From assembly GCA_963766775.1 (NCBI GenBank), contig CAVYBP010000001.1, positions 128,239-192,238 of the forward strand: a stretch of 64,000 nt of DNA, read 5' to 3'. The first letter of the stretch is position 1. Every line of letters begins with the position of its first letter. The notes beneath the pieces were generated by a model, which was not told where the DNA came from, searched no databases, and saw only the letters and a list, made by a program, of their open reading frames with translations. This DNA is from an uncultured Phycisphaerales bacterium (GTDB taxonomy: Bacteria > Planctomycetota > Phycisphaerae > WQYP01). Below, one piece after another: positions 18,701-28,027 of the stretch. Made by a program: the position numbers and the translations under genes.

Positions 18701-21700
18701 AGGTCAGCGTTCCACCACCGCCGCCGAGGCGATAGGTGTTTCCCGCGGGGGTGTAGGTGCCGGTGTAAGTGACGTTTCCGATGGCTCCGATGGCCATGTT
18801 GGCGAAGGGTGCGAGAGGTGAGGCAGTAAAGTCGAGGGTGGTTGCGGCATCGGTGGATGTCAGCGCCAATGCGCCCGTGGATGTGGTATTGATGCGGGAG
18901 AGGAAGGTGGGGTCCGTGATGCCAGGAGCATAGCTGGCCGCACCACCGGGTCCGACGGCGATATTTGCGCCCGCTTCCGCCGATGCTCGCTGCCGAGCCA
19001 AATTGAACCGCGCCGCCGGTGATGCTGGTTCCACCGGTGGTGTTGCTCGTGCCATTAAGGATGAGTAGGCCGGCGGTGTTGCTGACGCTGGAGGCGTTAA
19101 GGGTGCCACTGATGGTAGCGGTTCCGCTGTTGGTGAAGATGCCCGTAAGAGTGATCGTGCCGGTACTGGTGAGCGTTCCGCTGTTGGTCAGCGATGCGGC
19201 CGTGACCGTGCCGGCGGTATTGGACAAAGTGCCCTGCGGGCCGACCGTGATCGCATTCGCGCCGGCGGCAAGTGTGCCGCCCGAGGAGACGGTTACGCTG
19301 TTAGTGGAACCGACTTGGCCAAAGCTGAGACCTGGAACGGTCCATTGTGACCCCGCGCCATCGACGGTCATGTTGCCGCCATCGAGCATGGTGACTGCGC
19401 CGGTGGAAAGGACCTGAGCGCCGGCGGAAATGGTGTTGTTAAAGTTGACGGTGGTGAGGGAAAGGGCGTTGATGACGGCGGTGCCGGTGACCGTTGCGCC
19501 GCCAAGAACCAGGACATCATTGGCGGTGATGGTCCGCGTGCCGCCGGTGGCGGTGAGGGTGCCTTCGAGAAGGTCGAGGCGTTGCACGGCGGGGGAGGTG
19601 TCCAGCGTGACGGTGCCGCCATTGATGATGGCGTCGTAATAAACCTGAGAGGTGGTGTTGTTGATGGGAGCGATGCCGGTGGCACCGTCGGCGAAGGTGG
19701 TGGTGCCGAAGTTGTCGGTGGTGAGGCCGGTGCTATAACCGTAGGCGCGAGTTTTCCATTGGGTCGCGTCAGACCAATTGCCGCTGGCGCCGTTCCATTG
19801 GGAGGAGGACATGGTGCCTGGGTTGGTGACATCGAGGCGCAAAGCATCCCACTGCATCTCACCGCCGACGATGTGAAAGTTAAGTGTGTTGAGGGTGGTC
19901 GTGTTGTTGGCAAGCCAAGAGGCGGGGAATGAAAGTTTTCGATAAAGGACCTTGCTGGAAGTGTCGCCGCTGCGATTGACGGAGGGGGCGGTGTCCGCGG
20001 TGTGATCGAAGCTGGCATCGACGCGGTGGCTGCCGATGAGAATACCTATATCGTCGATGAATTCCTGGGCGGCGATGGCGACGGTCACGGTAAAGGTCGC
20101 GTTGGCGGCGGGGACAAAGGGCAACTTGAAGTTGACCTTCCAGAAGTCGTTGCTGCCATTGATCTGATCGAGCCCCCAATTGTTGCGCCAGTTTTGAGTG
20201 TCGTTGAAGGGGTTGCTGTTATCGACGGTGTAGCTGACACCGTTGGGGAATTCTTTGGATTCATTAAAGGTGTCGATCCAATTGTTGTAGTTGTTGCCGT
20301 CGCGGAACTCGCCGGCGGTTCGATCGAAGGTGCCAACCTGCCAGATACCCTTTCCGCCGATATCGGGGTTGAAGGTGAGGTTCCCAACGCTGGTAGTGCC
20401 CCCGGCGGTAACAGTGATGTTGTCGAAGGTGGTTTCGCGGAAGTTGCCGGGCTTAATGATGGTGACTCTGTAAGTGCCGGGGCGGACGTCGGGCATGGTG
20501 AAGGTGCCGTCTTTGTTCGGCGTGACCCAATAGTTATAGCCCGCAGCGCGACGTTGATATTCCTGAGAGACTGGGCTGGTGGAGTAAGCGACGGGGTCGA
20601 AGGTGGAGAGGATGATGGTGGCGCTGTCCATATTAGTGCCGTCAGCGGTGCGGGCTTTTCCGGAGACGGTGCCGCGTTGCGCCGCGGTGGGGTTGTAATC
20701 GAACGAAGGCACGTTTGGAGTGAGCGGGTTGGGACGCGAGAGAATCGTAAAAGGCATTCAGGCCGGCACCTGTTGCATTGGTGCCCGCGCAACGGCGTCG
20801 GCATCGGCGCGCAGCGCGTTGATGTCCGTGCCCTTATTAAAATATGTGAAGAACGGCCCGAACGCTTTATCCATGTTGCCGGTATAGAGAAGGCTCGGGC
20901 CTCCGAAATGCGAACCGGCGGGTTCGAGAACGAATGTCCCGACGCCGGTTTGGGGATGGGTGGGGCCGGAGTTTTCACTTTCATTGGTGCGGGAGTTGTT
21001 GATATTCCATACGCCGTAATTATTTGCCGTCAGCGCACCGGTTGCAGCGCTGGTATTAGCGGCGCTGACCAGACCGGTGATGTCGCCATTACTCTTTTGA
21101 TAGGTGGTGCGCCAGTCATATTTGGTTTGATAATTTTTGATATATTCGCCGGGAATGCCGCGCATGTCGGACGTTTCCCCAGTGATGAATCGCCCTTGAT
21201 TGACACTCTGAGGATTGTATCCCCAGAAATTGTCGGCGATGGAGGAGTAGTTGAAGAGGCTGCTGTTCCAGTACGAGACAAGGCGGTTCTCGGTGCTCGC
21301 CCAATCGGCCATCGAGGTGGTATGGTGATAAGTGAGGTACGTGCTGAAGCCGCTTTGTCCATCTTCAAATATCCAGTTCCACTTCACCTCAAGCGGTTCG
21401 GCGGCGGTGGCGGCGTGGGTCGCGGTAATCTCCGCGTAATTTCCGGTGGTGACAAAATTATAGGTTTCTCCGCCGCCGAGATAGATGTTCGGACTGCCTT
21501 CGATATCCGAATAAAGACCCTTGCTTCCCACCATCTGCTGGCTGTCGTAGATAATGGAAGTCACTTTCCCTGCAAGGGAGCCAGTGCTGTAAAGCTGGAA
21601 CTGGATGACGCCATTGTTGACGAGGTAATAGTTGCCGTGGCTGTCGGAAAGCGTCTGTACGGTGGGGGCTGCCGGGCAATGGTCGCCCCGACCGCGAGGG

Positions 21701-21785
21701 TCAAACAGGTGCAGACAAACGCAGGATGCAACGTGCGTTTTGATCTCCCGCGTTGGGAGACTTTACCGCATTGGGATTGCCGCAT
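15782..21785 (-). pseudogene. giant secreted protein: PL4 rhamnogalacturonan-lyase-like N-terminus + autotransporter-associated beta-strand (PATR) repeats + dockerin-like repeats + PEP-CTERM anchor. As assembled it has about 5 frameshifts and one in-frame TGA.
   Basis: Fragments: 21561..21863 (signal peptide); 20758..21564 (PL4 domain I; its frame continues upstream as APTVQTLSDSHGNYYLVNNGVIQFQL); 17734..20757 (..QRGTVSGKA.., GTYRVTI, IWQVGTFDRTAGEF, then PATR repeats); 18342..19109; 17004..18212; 15782..16864 (GDANVDGHVDLNDLD and NFDNASTIDLNDLN dockerin-like repeats, C-terminal PEPASLSLLAFALPLLLRKRR). Confidence 0.8.
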
Positions 21786-22039
21786 GTATGTGTGAGCCAA
21801 AGGCCACCTCCGCCACAGAGGAAAAACTTCTCGACTTTTAGGTACGACGCCAAGATCTGCCAACCTATGCAGATTATGGTGGCAGGACGCCTTATTAATT
21901 GCAAGAGATTTATTGAAGAATGCGAGAGTGACCGATATCCGCTAAATAGCCTATATTGCCTCAGTTCCACAATGGCAATTTGGGACGGAACTTGCTGCGG
22001 GTTTCAATGCGAGACTGACAGGATTCAAGGGAGGTTGTA

Positions 22040-23056
22040 ATGAATGTCGTTCGATGGGGGATTATTGGGTGTGGCGATGTGACGGAAGTGAAGAGCGGAC
22101 CCGGTTTCTATAAATCGCGGGGAAGCTCGCTGGTGGCGGTGATGCGGCGCGACGGAGCGAAAGCTGCGGACTATGCGCGACGGCATGGAGTGGCTCGCTG
22201 GTATGACGATGCGGATGCACTCATTGACGATAAGGACGTTGACGCGGTGTATGTTGCGACGCCGCCGGGGACGCATGAGTTTTATGCCATGAAGGTGTTG
22301 GCAGCAGGGAAGCCGTGCTATGTGGAAAAGCCGATGTCGCGGAACGGGGCGGAAGCGCGGCGGATGGTGGCTGCGTTTGCGGCGAAAGAGGTGCCGTTGT
22401 TTGTAGCGTACTATCGGAGGGCATTGCCGCGGTTTTTGAAAGTAAAGGAGATTTTGGAGAGCAGGGTGTTGGGGGACCTCGTGAGTACGCGGTGGATGTA
22501 CTCGGACATGCGCGGAGCGGTGCGGGAAGAGAATCTGCCGTGGCGGGTACAGCCTGAGCATTCGGGTGGAGGATTGTTTCTGGACATGGGCTCGCATGCG
22601 TTGGACATGCTTGATTTCTGGTTTGGACCGTTGAGTGTTCATCGCGCGGTTGCGGAGAATGTGATGTGCGCGAATGAGGTGGAGGATACGGTGACTATGA
22701 ATTTGGTGTCGGAAGGAGGGATGCAGGTAGCGGTTGCTTGCAGTTTTTGTAAAGCGCCCGTGGACGAATTTAGAATTGCGGGTACGCATGGCGAGGTTCG
22801 CATGTCGTGCTTTGGGAATGAAGGGCCGCGGTTAATTCATGCGGATGGGCGCGAGGAAGTTTTTGATTTGCCGAATCCGGCGCATGTGGCGCAGCCGTTG
22901 ATTCAGACGGTGGTCGATGAGTTGTTGGGGGTGGGGAAGTGTGCGAGTACGGGGGAGAGCGGGCTGCGGACGCAGTTGGTGATGGATGCGGCGTTGGAGG
23001 GTTATTATGGGGGACGGGAGGATGGTTTTTGGGGTCGGGAGTGGCCGCGGGGGTAG
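22040..23056 (+). CDS. Gfo/Idh/MocA family NAD(P)-dependent oxidoreductase
   Basis: N-terminal Rossmann VRWGIIGCGDV, a ..EKPM.. motif, and a typical length of 338 aa. Confidence 0.88.
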   Translation: MNVVRWGIIGCGDVTEVKSGPGFYKSRGSSLVAVMRRDGAKAADYARRHGVARWYDDADALIDDKDVDAVYVATPPGTHEFYAMKVLAAGKPCYVEKPMSRNGAEARRMVAAFAAKEVPLFVAYYRRALPRFLKVKEILESRVLGDLVSTRWMYSDMRGAVREENLPWRVQPEHSGGGLFLDMGSHALDMLDFWFGPLSVHRAVAENVMCANEVEDTVTMNLVSEGGMQVAVACSFCKAPVDEFRIAGTHGEVRMSCFGNEGPRLIHADGREEVFDLPNPAHVAQPLIQTVVDELLGVGKCASTGESGLRTQLVMDAALEGYYGGREDGFWGREWPRG

Positions 23057-23083
23057 GGGGGGGGGTGGTTCTGGGAGGGGGGG

Positions 23084-23709
23084 TTACCGCACTTCGACGA
23101 CCTGCGGGCGGGTGGATTCGAGGATGGCGAGGAGTTCTTTTTGTTCGGGAATTCCGACTTGAAGTTTGTCGAGGGTGGCTTTCATGTCGCCCACAGCCGC
23201 GTCGAATTCCGGGTTCGCGATTTTCATGCCTTTGTGTGCGTCGGTCATATTTTTGCCCGAATAAGCAGTGGGTCCGCCGGTGGCTAGTGCGAGAAACTGC
23301 ACGACATGGAGTTTCAATTGTTGAAGGTTCTCGGGGGTCGGGTTCCAGGCGGCGGATTTAGCGTGGACGCCCATGAAGCCGCCGGTGGTCACGGCATGGC
23401 GGTCGAAGTTGACTCGCGGGTCGGCAAGGGCCCGAGCGACCCAGTCGTCGGCGATCGTGTGCAGACCTGCGTCGCCGCCGAGACGCTCGTAAAGGGACTG
23501 TTTAGTGGCTGCGCTCGCCTCGCCTTTGAGTTGCTGATGCGCGGCCATGGTTTGCTCCCGCGCTGGTCGGCGGGACGGCTGCCGGAGGTGAAGAAGTCTG
23601 GGTCCTTGGTTTGTTTGCCGCCGCAGGCGGGGAAGAGGGCTGCGAGCGTGACCAGAAGGAAGAAGGGGAGGTACTGAGTGCTGAGGACTGAGGACTGAAT
23701 TTTCAACAT
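23084..23709 (-). pseudogene. truncated hemoglobin (group 1 trHb-like) with lipoprotein signal peptide, one frameshift as assembled
   Basis: Globin part SLYERLGGDAGLHTIADDWVARALADPRV...FLALATGGPTAYSGKNMTDAHKGMKI lies in ORF 23084..23746. The lipoprotein leader MLKIQSS..LLVTLAALFPACGG is in ORF 23389..23709, in another frame. An internal ATG at 23548 would give a leaderless 154 aa globin. Confidence 0.7.
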
Positions 23710-23720
23710 GGGGTAGTCCT

Positions 23721-24890
23721 TTAGTTCGCGGGGCTGTCGGAATCAATCATGGTTGCGGGGCCGAATTGGAGGTGGTCAATGTCGGGCGCGGTGCCTTCAA
23801 AGCGCGGGAGGTACGCGCGGACGAAGGCATTTTTTAGTACGTTGCCGACCGTGGCGAAGATGTCTGACTGTGGGCCGTCGATGCTGCCTTTGAGCGGAAT
23901 GAGCGTGGCGAGTTGGTCGCGGCTGCGGTTTTTGAGCAGCTCGGTAGTGACGCCCACCACCGCCTCCCAGAAAAATTCGATCGGATTATCCTTCTGAATA
24001 TTATCCTTCGGACTGAAGATGGTGAGGTTGCGGAACAGAGGCTTCACGTAGCCTTCGATTTCGCCTTCGTTGGCGTTGAGTTCGGTAACGAGGTCGAAGG
24101 TGCCGCCCTTGAAGTCGAAGTGGCCGTAGGCTTGTGCGAGGGCATTGGTTTGTGTCACGTCGAGGCCGATGAGGCGAAGCCCGAGTTGGAAGGTGGGTTT
24201 ATAGGAGAAGGGGTTGAGCTTCATGTTGAGTTCAAATTTTGCCTGTCCCATGGCAAGGGCGGAGGCCTTGACGGTCGTGACGAGCGGGGCGGTGTCGTCG
24301 TGGATATTGGTGAGGTTTTCAATATCGGTCTCAAGCTGACTGAGGTAAACATCGACGGGTGGATTGGACTCGAACGCGCGGAAGTGGATGGAGCCATCAA
24401 GGATGATGCAGGAGTTGATTTTGAAGGGGAAGAGTTCGGAGATGATTTCGAGCCATGGGCCGCCGGGGGAAGTCTGGTCGGAGGCTTGGCTGGAACTATC
24501 GACGAAATTGAGTTCGGGCTGGACGAGAGCAATTTTGCCGACGACTTTTCGGGAGAAAAGGGCGTCCCATTGGAGAGTCAGGTCGATGCGTTTGGCGGAG
24601 AAGAAAGGGACGGGGACATTGCCGGAGGTTTTATTGAGCTGAACATCGTGGATGGTGTAGCCGCCGGCGAGGATGTGGAGGTCGACATCGCCGATGGTGC
24701 CTTTGTAGAGAGGGGACTTGTCGATGGTGCGGTTGACGTACCAGCGAACCCAGGTGGGAAGTGCGAGCCGGACGATGGTGAGGAGGCCGACGAAGAGGAT
24801 GAGGGAGACGAAAATTTTTCGCCAACGGTGGTGGCGCGGTTTGGGCGGCATGGTGGTGGGGGTCGAACTTGGCACGGGGGGTGGGTTCAC
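23721..24890 (-). CDS. DUF748 (AsmA-like) domain protein with N-terminal membrane anchor
   Basis: TM helix IFVSLILFVGLLTIV, followed by the repeated ..LTLQWDALFSRKVVGKIALVQPELNFV.. architecture typical of DUF748 as I remember it. Confidence 0.65.
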   Translation of the reverse strand: MNPPPVPSSTPTTMPPKPRHHRWRKIFVSLILFVGLLTIVRLALPTWVRWYVNRTIDKSPLYKGTIGDVDLHILAGGYTIHDVQLNKTSGNVPVPFFSAKRIDLTLQWDALFSRKVVGKIALVQPELNFVDSSSQASDQTSPGGPWLEIISELFPFKINSCIILDGSIHFRAFESNPPVDVYLSQLETDIENLTNIHDDTAPLVTTVKASALAMGQAKFELNMKLNPFSYKPTFQLGLRLIGLDVTQTNALAQAYGHFDFKGGTFDLVTELNANEGEIEGYVKPLFRNLTIFSPKDNIQKDNPIEFFWEAVVGVTTELLKNRSRDQLATLIPLKGSIDGPQSDIFATVGNVLKNAFVRAYLPRFEGTAPDIDHLQFGPATMIDSDSPAN

Positions 24891-25071
24891 GAGGGCTCCC
24901 CTGTTGAACTCATCGGTTAATCAGCAAATCCTGCACCCTCTTTGCGAATTACGGTATTATAGGTGTCGAGTCGGCGGTTTTTCGCCCAAACGCCCCGGCT
25001 GCGGCGTTCAATCCGTCCTCTCGCATTGCTCGTAGATTCTCCTGACCGGTCCACCTCAGCAAGGCAGTCGT

Positions 25072-26145
25072 ATGTACCTAGCGCACTATAACTTTACGCA
25101 ACTGCCCTTTCGGAACACGCCCGACCCGCGGTTCTTCTACGAAACCCCCCGCCATAACGAGGCGCTCGCGAATCTGATTTATGCGGTAGAACAGCGGCGC
25201 GGGTTTGTGCTTCTCTCCGGTGAGATTGGCTCCGGCAAGACGCTCGTGACCCACCTGCTGCTCCAACATCTTGAAGATCATGCGCAGATCGCCCTCGTGC
25301 GCAATACGCACTTGAACAGTTCGCAATTGATCCGCCTCATCTGCGATGAGTTTTCCATTCAGGTTCCCCCCCACGCCGACAAGGCGACGATGCTCCTCAG
25401 CATCAACCAATTTTTGATTCAACAGTTGGCGGAAGATCGGCTGGTCGTCGTCATCATCGACGAAGCGCAAAACCTGTCCGACAAGGTTTTGGAAGAGCTT
25501 CGCATGTTGTCCAACCTTGAAACGTCATCCGACAAGCTGTTGCAGATTGTTCTGGTGGGTCAGCCGGAACTGCGGGAAAAAGTATCGCAGCCGCACCTGG
25601 AGCAACTGCGGCAACGGATCGCGCTTTCCTATCATCTTGAGCCGTTGACGCTCGACGAGATCACCGCCTACATCAGCCATCGATTGAAGATCGCGGGGGC
25701 GGAACATAAAGCTCAATTCACGCTGGACGCGGTCGCCAAGGTTGCTCGCTTCTCACGCGGTACGCCGCGCATCATCAACGGTCTTTGCGACAATGCGCTC
25801 CTCTATGGCTTTACCGCGAAGACGCATGTGATCGATGAGGCTCTGATCGACAAGGTCCTGAAACATTCAATGCACCTCGCGCCTCGGCAACATTCGCGCA
25901 CGCAGTCGCCGTTGCAAAACGTCGGCGGCCCAAGCGCGCCGCCCGCGAGCAGCCCCAACCCGGCGCGCGTTCGCCCCGCGGCTCCCGTCGCTCCCGCTTT
26001 CGCTGATCGCGTCGTGCCCATTGCTCCCACCGACGTGACGCAGCCAATCGAAAATGGAACAACACCGATTGACGCGGACGACGATAAAAAAAAAACGCCA
26101 CTCCCCCCAAACATCCCATTCCCGACGCTGCAGCAGCGCGCGTAG
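25072..26145 (+). CDS. ExeA/GspA-like AAA ATPase
   Basis: YNFTQLPFRNTPDPRFFYETPRHNEAL...LSGEIGSGKT (Walker A), VVVIIDEAQNL (Walker B), LQIVLVGQPEL. The proline-rich tail may continue past the annotated stop (see findings). Confidence 0.85.
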   Translation: MYLAHYNFTQLPFRNTPDPRFFYETPRHNEALANLIYAVEQRRGFVLLSGEIGSGKTLVTHLLLQHLEDHAQIALVRNTHLNSSQLIRLICDEFSIQVPPHADKATMLLSINQFLIQQLAEDRLVVVIIDEAQNLSDKVLEELRMLSNLETSSDKLLQIVLVGQPELREKVSQPHLEQLRQRIALSYHLEPLTLDEITAYISHRLKIAGAEHKAQFTLDAVAKVARFSRGTPRIINGLCDNALLYGFTAKTHVIDEALIDKVLKHSMHLAPRQHSRTQSPLQNVGGPSAPPASSPNPARVRPAAPVAPAFADRVVPIAPTDVTQPIENGTTPIDADDDKKKTPLPPNIPFPTLQQRA

Positions 26146-26414
26146 AAAACGCCGCCATCGAGGACAGCGACGCGCTATCGCCCGCAAGCGATGATGAACC
26201 CCTGCCGCTCGCCATCCCTGAGATAGACCTGCCTGAAAAAGACGCCGCCGACCTGGCCGATTTGGAATTAAACGAAGACGCCGCACCGACCCCTGCTGAT
26301 AGCAGCATCGTGGCTCCCCCACGCATGACATCGATCGCCATGGTGATACCAGCCCAATTGCTCTTCGGAATTTCTTCACGGAAGAAAGAGTCTTCTTGAA
26401 AACAGAAGGTTAAA

Positions 26415-26496
26415 ACGCGAAGACACGAAGAAAAAAAATCAGAGTTTCGTGAATCCCACCCGTTCCTGCTTTCTTCGCGTCTTCGCGTCTTCGTGT
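26415..26496. repeat. inverted repeat whose arms are 8-nt tandem units (ACGCGAAG ACACGAAG ... CTTCGCGT CTTCGCGT CTTCGTGT); possible bidirectional terminator
   Basis: Read directly. The arms pair over about 16 nt with one mismatch. It lies between convergent genes (ExeA-like and the IDH-family gene). Confidence 0.7.
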
Positions 26497-26503
26497 TCAA
26501 TCT

Positions 26504-27541
26504 TTACGACCTCTTCGTAATTTGGTCGATCAAAGCGTTCGTGAATTCATCCGTGGAAGCAGTCCCGCCAAGATCACGGGTCAGCGTGCGACCCTCACTG
26601 AGAACAGCGTTATATCCGTCCTTGATCTTCTGAGCAGCCGTGTGACACGTCGCATCGCCCGTGGTATCGAACATGTGATTGAGCATCATGACACCGCTCA
26701 TGATGCACGCGAGCGGGTTCGCGACGCCTTTGCCCGCAAGGTCCGGCGCGGTGCCGTGGACAGCTTCAAAGACCGCCGCATGGTCGCCGATGTTCGCACC
26801 CGGAACGACGCCCAGGCCGCCGACGAGCCCCGCACAGAGATCGCTCATCAGGTCGCCGTACAGATTTTCCATCAACAGCACATCAAAGCGCGTGGGGTCT
26901 TTGACCAATTGCATGCAGCCGTTATCAATGATGAGTTCTTCGTATTCAATGCCGGGATACTCTTCATCGTGGACCTGCTTGGATTTGCGGATGAAGAGGC
27001 CGTCCGTGAGTTTCATGATATTGGCTTTGTGGAAGACGGTGACCTTCTTACGTCCCCGCTGTTTGGCGTAACGGAACGCCGCCCGCGCGATGCGTTCGCA
27101 CGCCTTCTCCGTGCAGACCTTCAAACTCGTCACGACGCCCGCGGTGATTTCATTTTCGATGCCGGAGTAGAGTCCCTCGGTGTTCTCTCGAAAGATGACA
27201 ATGTCCACATTCTCGTAACGCGTCTTCACATTAGGCATATTCCGCACAGGCCGTACCGCCGCATAGAGGTCGAGCTTTTTCCGCAGCGTGACGTTCACGC
27301 TGCGAAACCCCTTGCCAATAGGCGTACCCACCGGCCCCTTAAGCCCGACCCTGTATTTATTAACCGCATCCAGCGTCTTCTCCGGCAACGTGTCGCCATC
27401 CGTCTTGATCGCGCCTTCGCCGGCGGGCATCTCCACCCAGTCAAAATCGACTCCCGCCGCATCCACGACGCGCCGCGCCGCGTGCGCGACTTCCGGTCCA
27501 ATGCCATCGCCGGGAATTAAAACAATCGTGTGCTTTGCCAT
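26504..27541 (-). CDS. isocitrate/isopropylmalate dehydrogenase family enzyme, best fit NAD-dependent isocitrate dehydrogenase
   Basis: MAKHTIVLIPGDGIGPEV, SVNVTLRKKLDLYAAVRP, NLYGDLMSDLCAGLVGGLG. Confidence 0.88.
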   Translation of the reverse strand: MAKHTIVLIPGDGIGPEVAHAARRVVDAAGVDFDWVEMPAGEGAIKTDGDTLPEKTLDAVNKYRVGLKGPVGTPIGKGFRSVNVTLRKKLDLYAAVRPVRNMPNVKTRYENVDIVIFRENTEGLYSGIENEITAGVVTSLKVCTEKACERIARAAFRYAKQRGRKKVTVFHKANIMKLTDGLFIRKSKQVHDEEYPGIEYEELIIDNGCMQLVKDPTRFDVLLMENLYGDLMSDLCAGLVGGLGVVPGANIGDHAAVFEAVHGTAPDLAGKGVANPLACIMSGVMMLNHMFDTTGDATCHTAAQKIKDGYNAVLSEGRTLTRDLGGTASTDEFTNALIDQITKRS

Positions 27542-27841
27542 CAGGTTCCTTTGAAAATCCCTCAATACAACAACATCCACTTCGCCGGAAGTATCCTAGC
27601 GGGTTCGGTCAGCCACTCAAGGGCATGGCGGAAACTACGATGGTGTTGTTGGGTAGAATGGGATTTAACCACAAGGCACCAAGGCACCCAGAGTCTTCAC
27701 TGGTTCAAAACGGCTGATTTTCTATGATGAACCGATAATTAATTTTTAGTTTTCAATGGCGGATGCAGGAAAAGTCGCCAAGACTCAACGGGCTGCCCGT
27801 TTTTCCGGGGAGTGCTTTCGTGTGCCTGCTGACTGTGAAAA

Positions 27842-27921
27842 ATTCCGAGACGCGCCCGTGAGGAAGCGTTTGACCCTCAGCAAAGAACGCCGAACGCTTC
27901 CTGACGGGCGCGTCTCGGAAT
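27842..27921. repeat. palindromic REP/MITE-like element, copy 2 (29-nt arms, 22-nt spacer), opposite orientation to copy 1
   Basis: ATTCCGAGACGCGCCCGTGAGGAAGCGTT ... AACGCTTCCTGACGGGCGCGTCTCGGAAT, with a single central G:G mismatch. About 25/27 identity to the copy 1 arms. Confidence 0.9.
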
Positions 27922-28027
27922 CCCATGTATTTTCAGCGGTTGAGCCAGCGCCTCGAAAAAATGGTCACGCCCGACTCAACCTCTTGGCTTGGCGGTTAAA
28001 AAATGGGCAGCCGCATCAAGAATGGGT

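Noticed and set aside
20758-20760. The in-frame TGA as selenocysteine, or as evidence of a reassigned genetic code.
   Set aside because: TGA clearly terminates well-conserved genes at their expected ends in this window (for example mutS at 1124..1126 and the ArsR-MTase at 49320..49322). No Sec-dependent family is involved, and I saw no obvious SECIS-like hairpin directly downstream.
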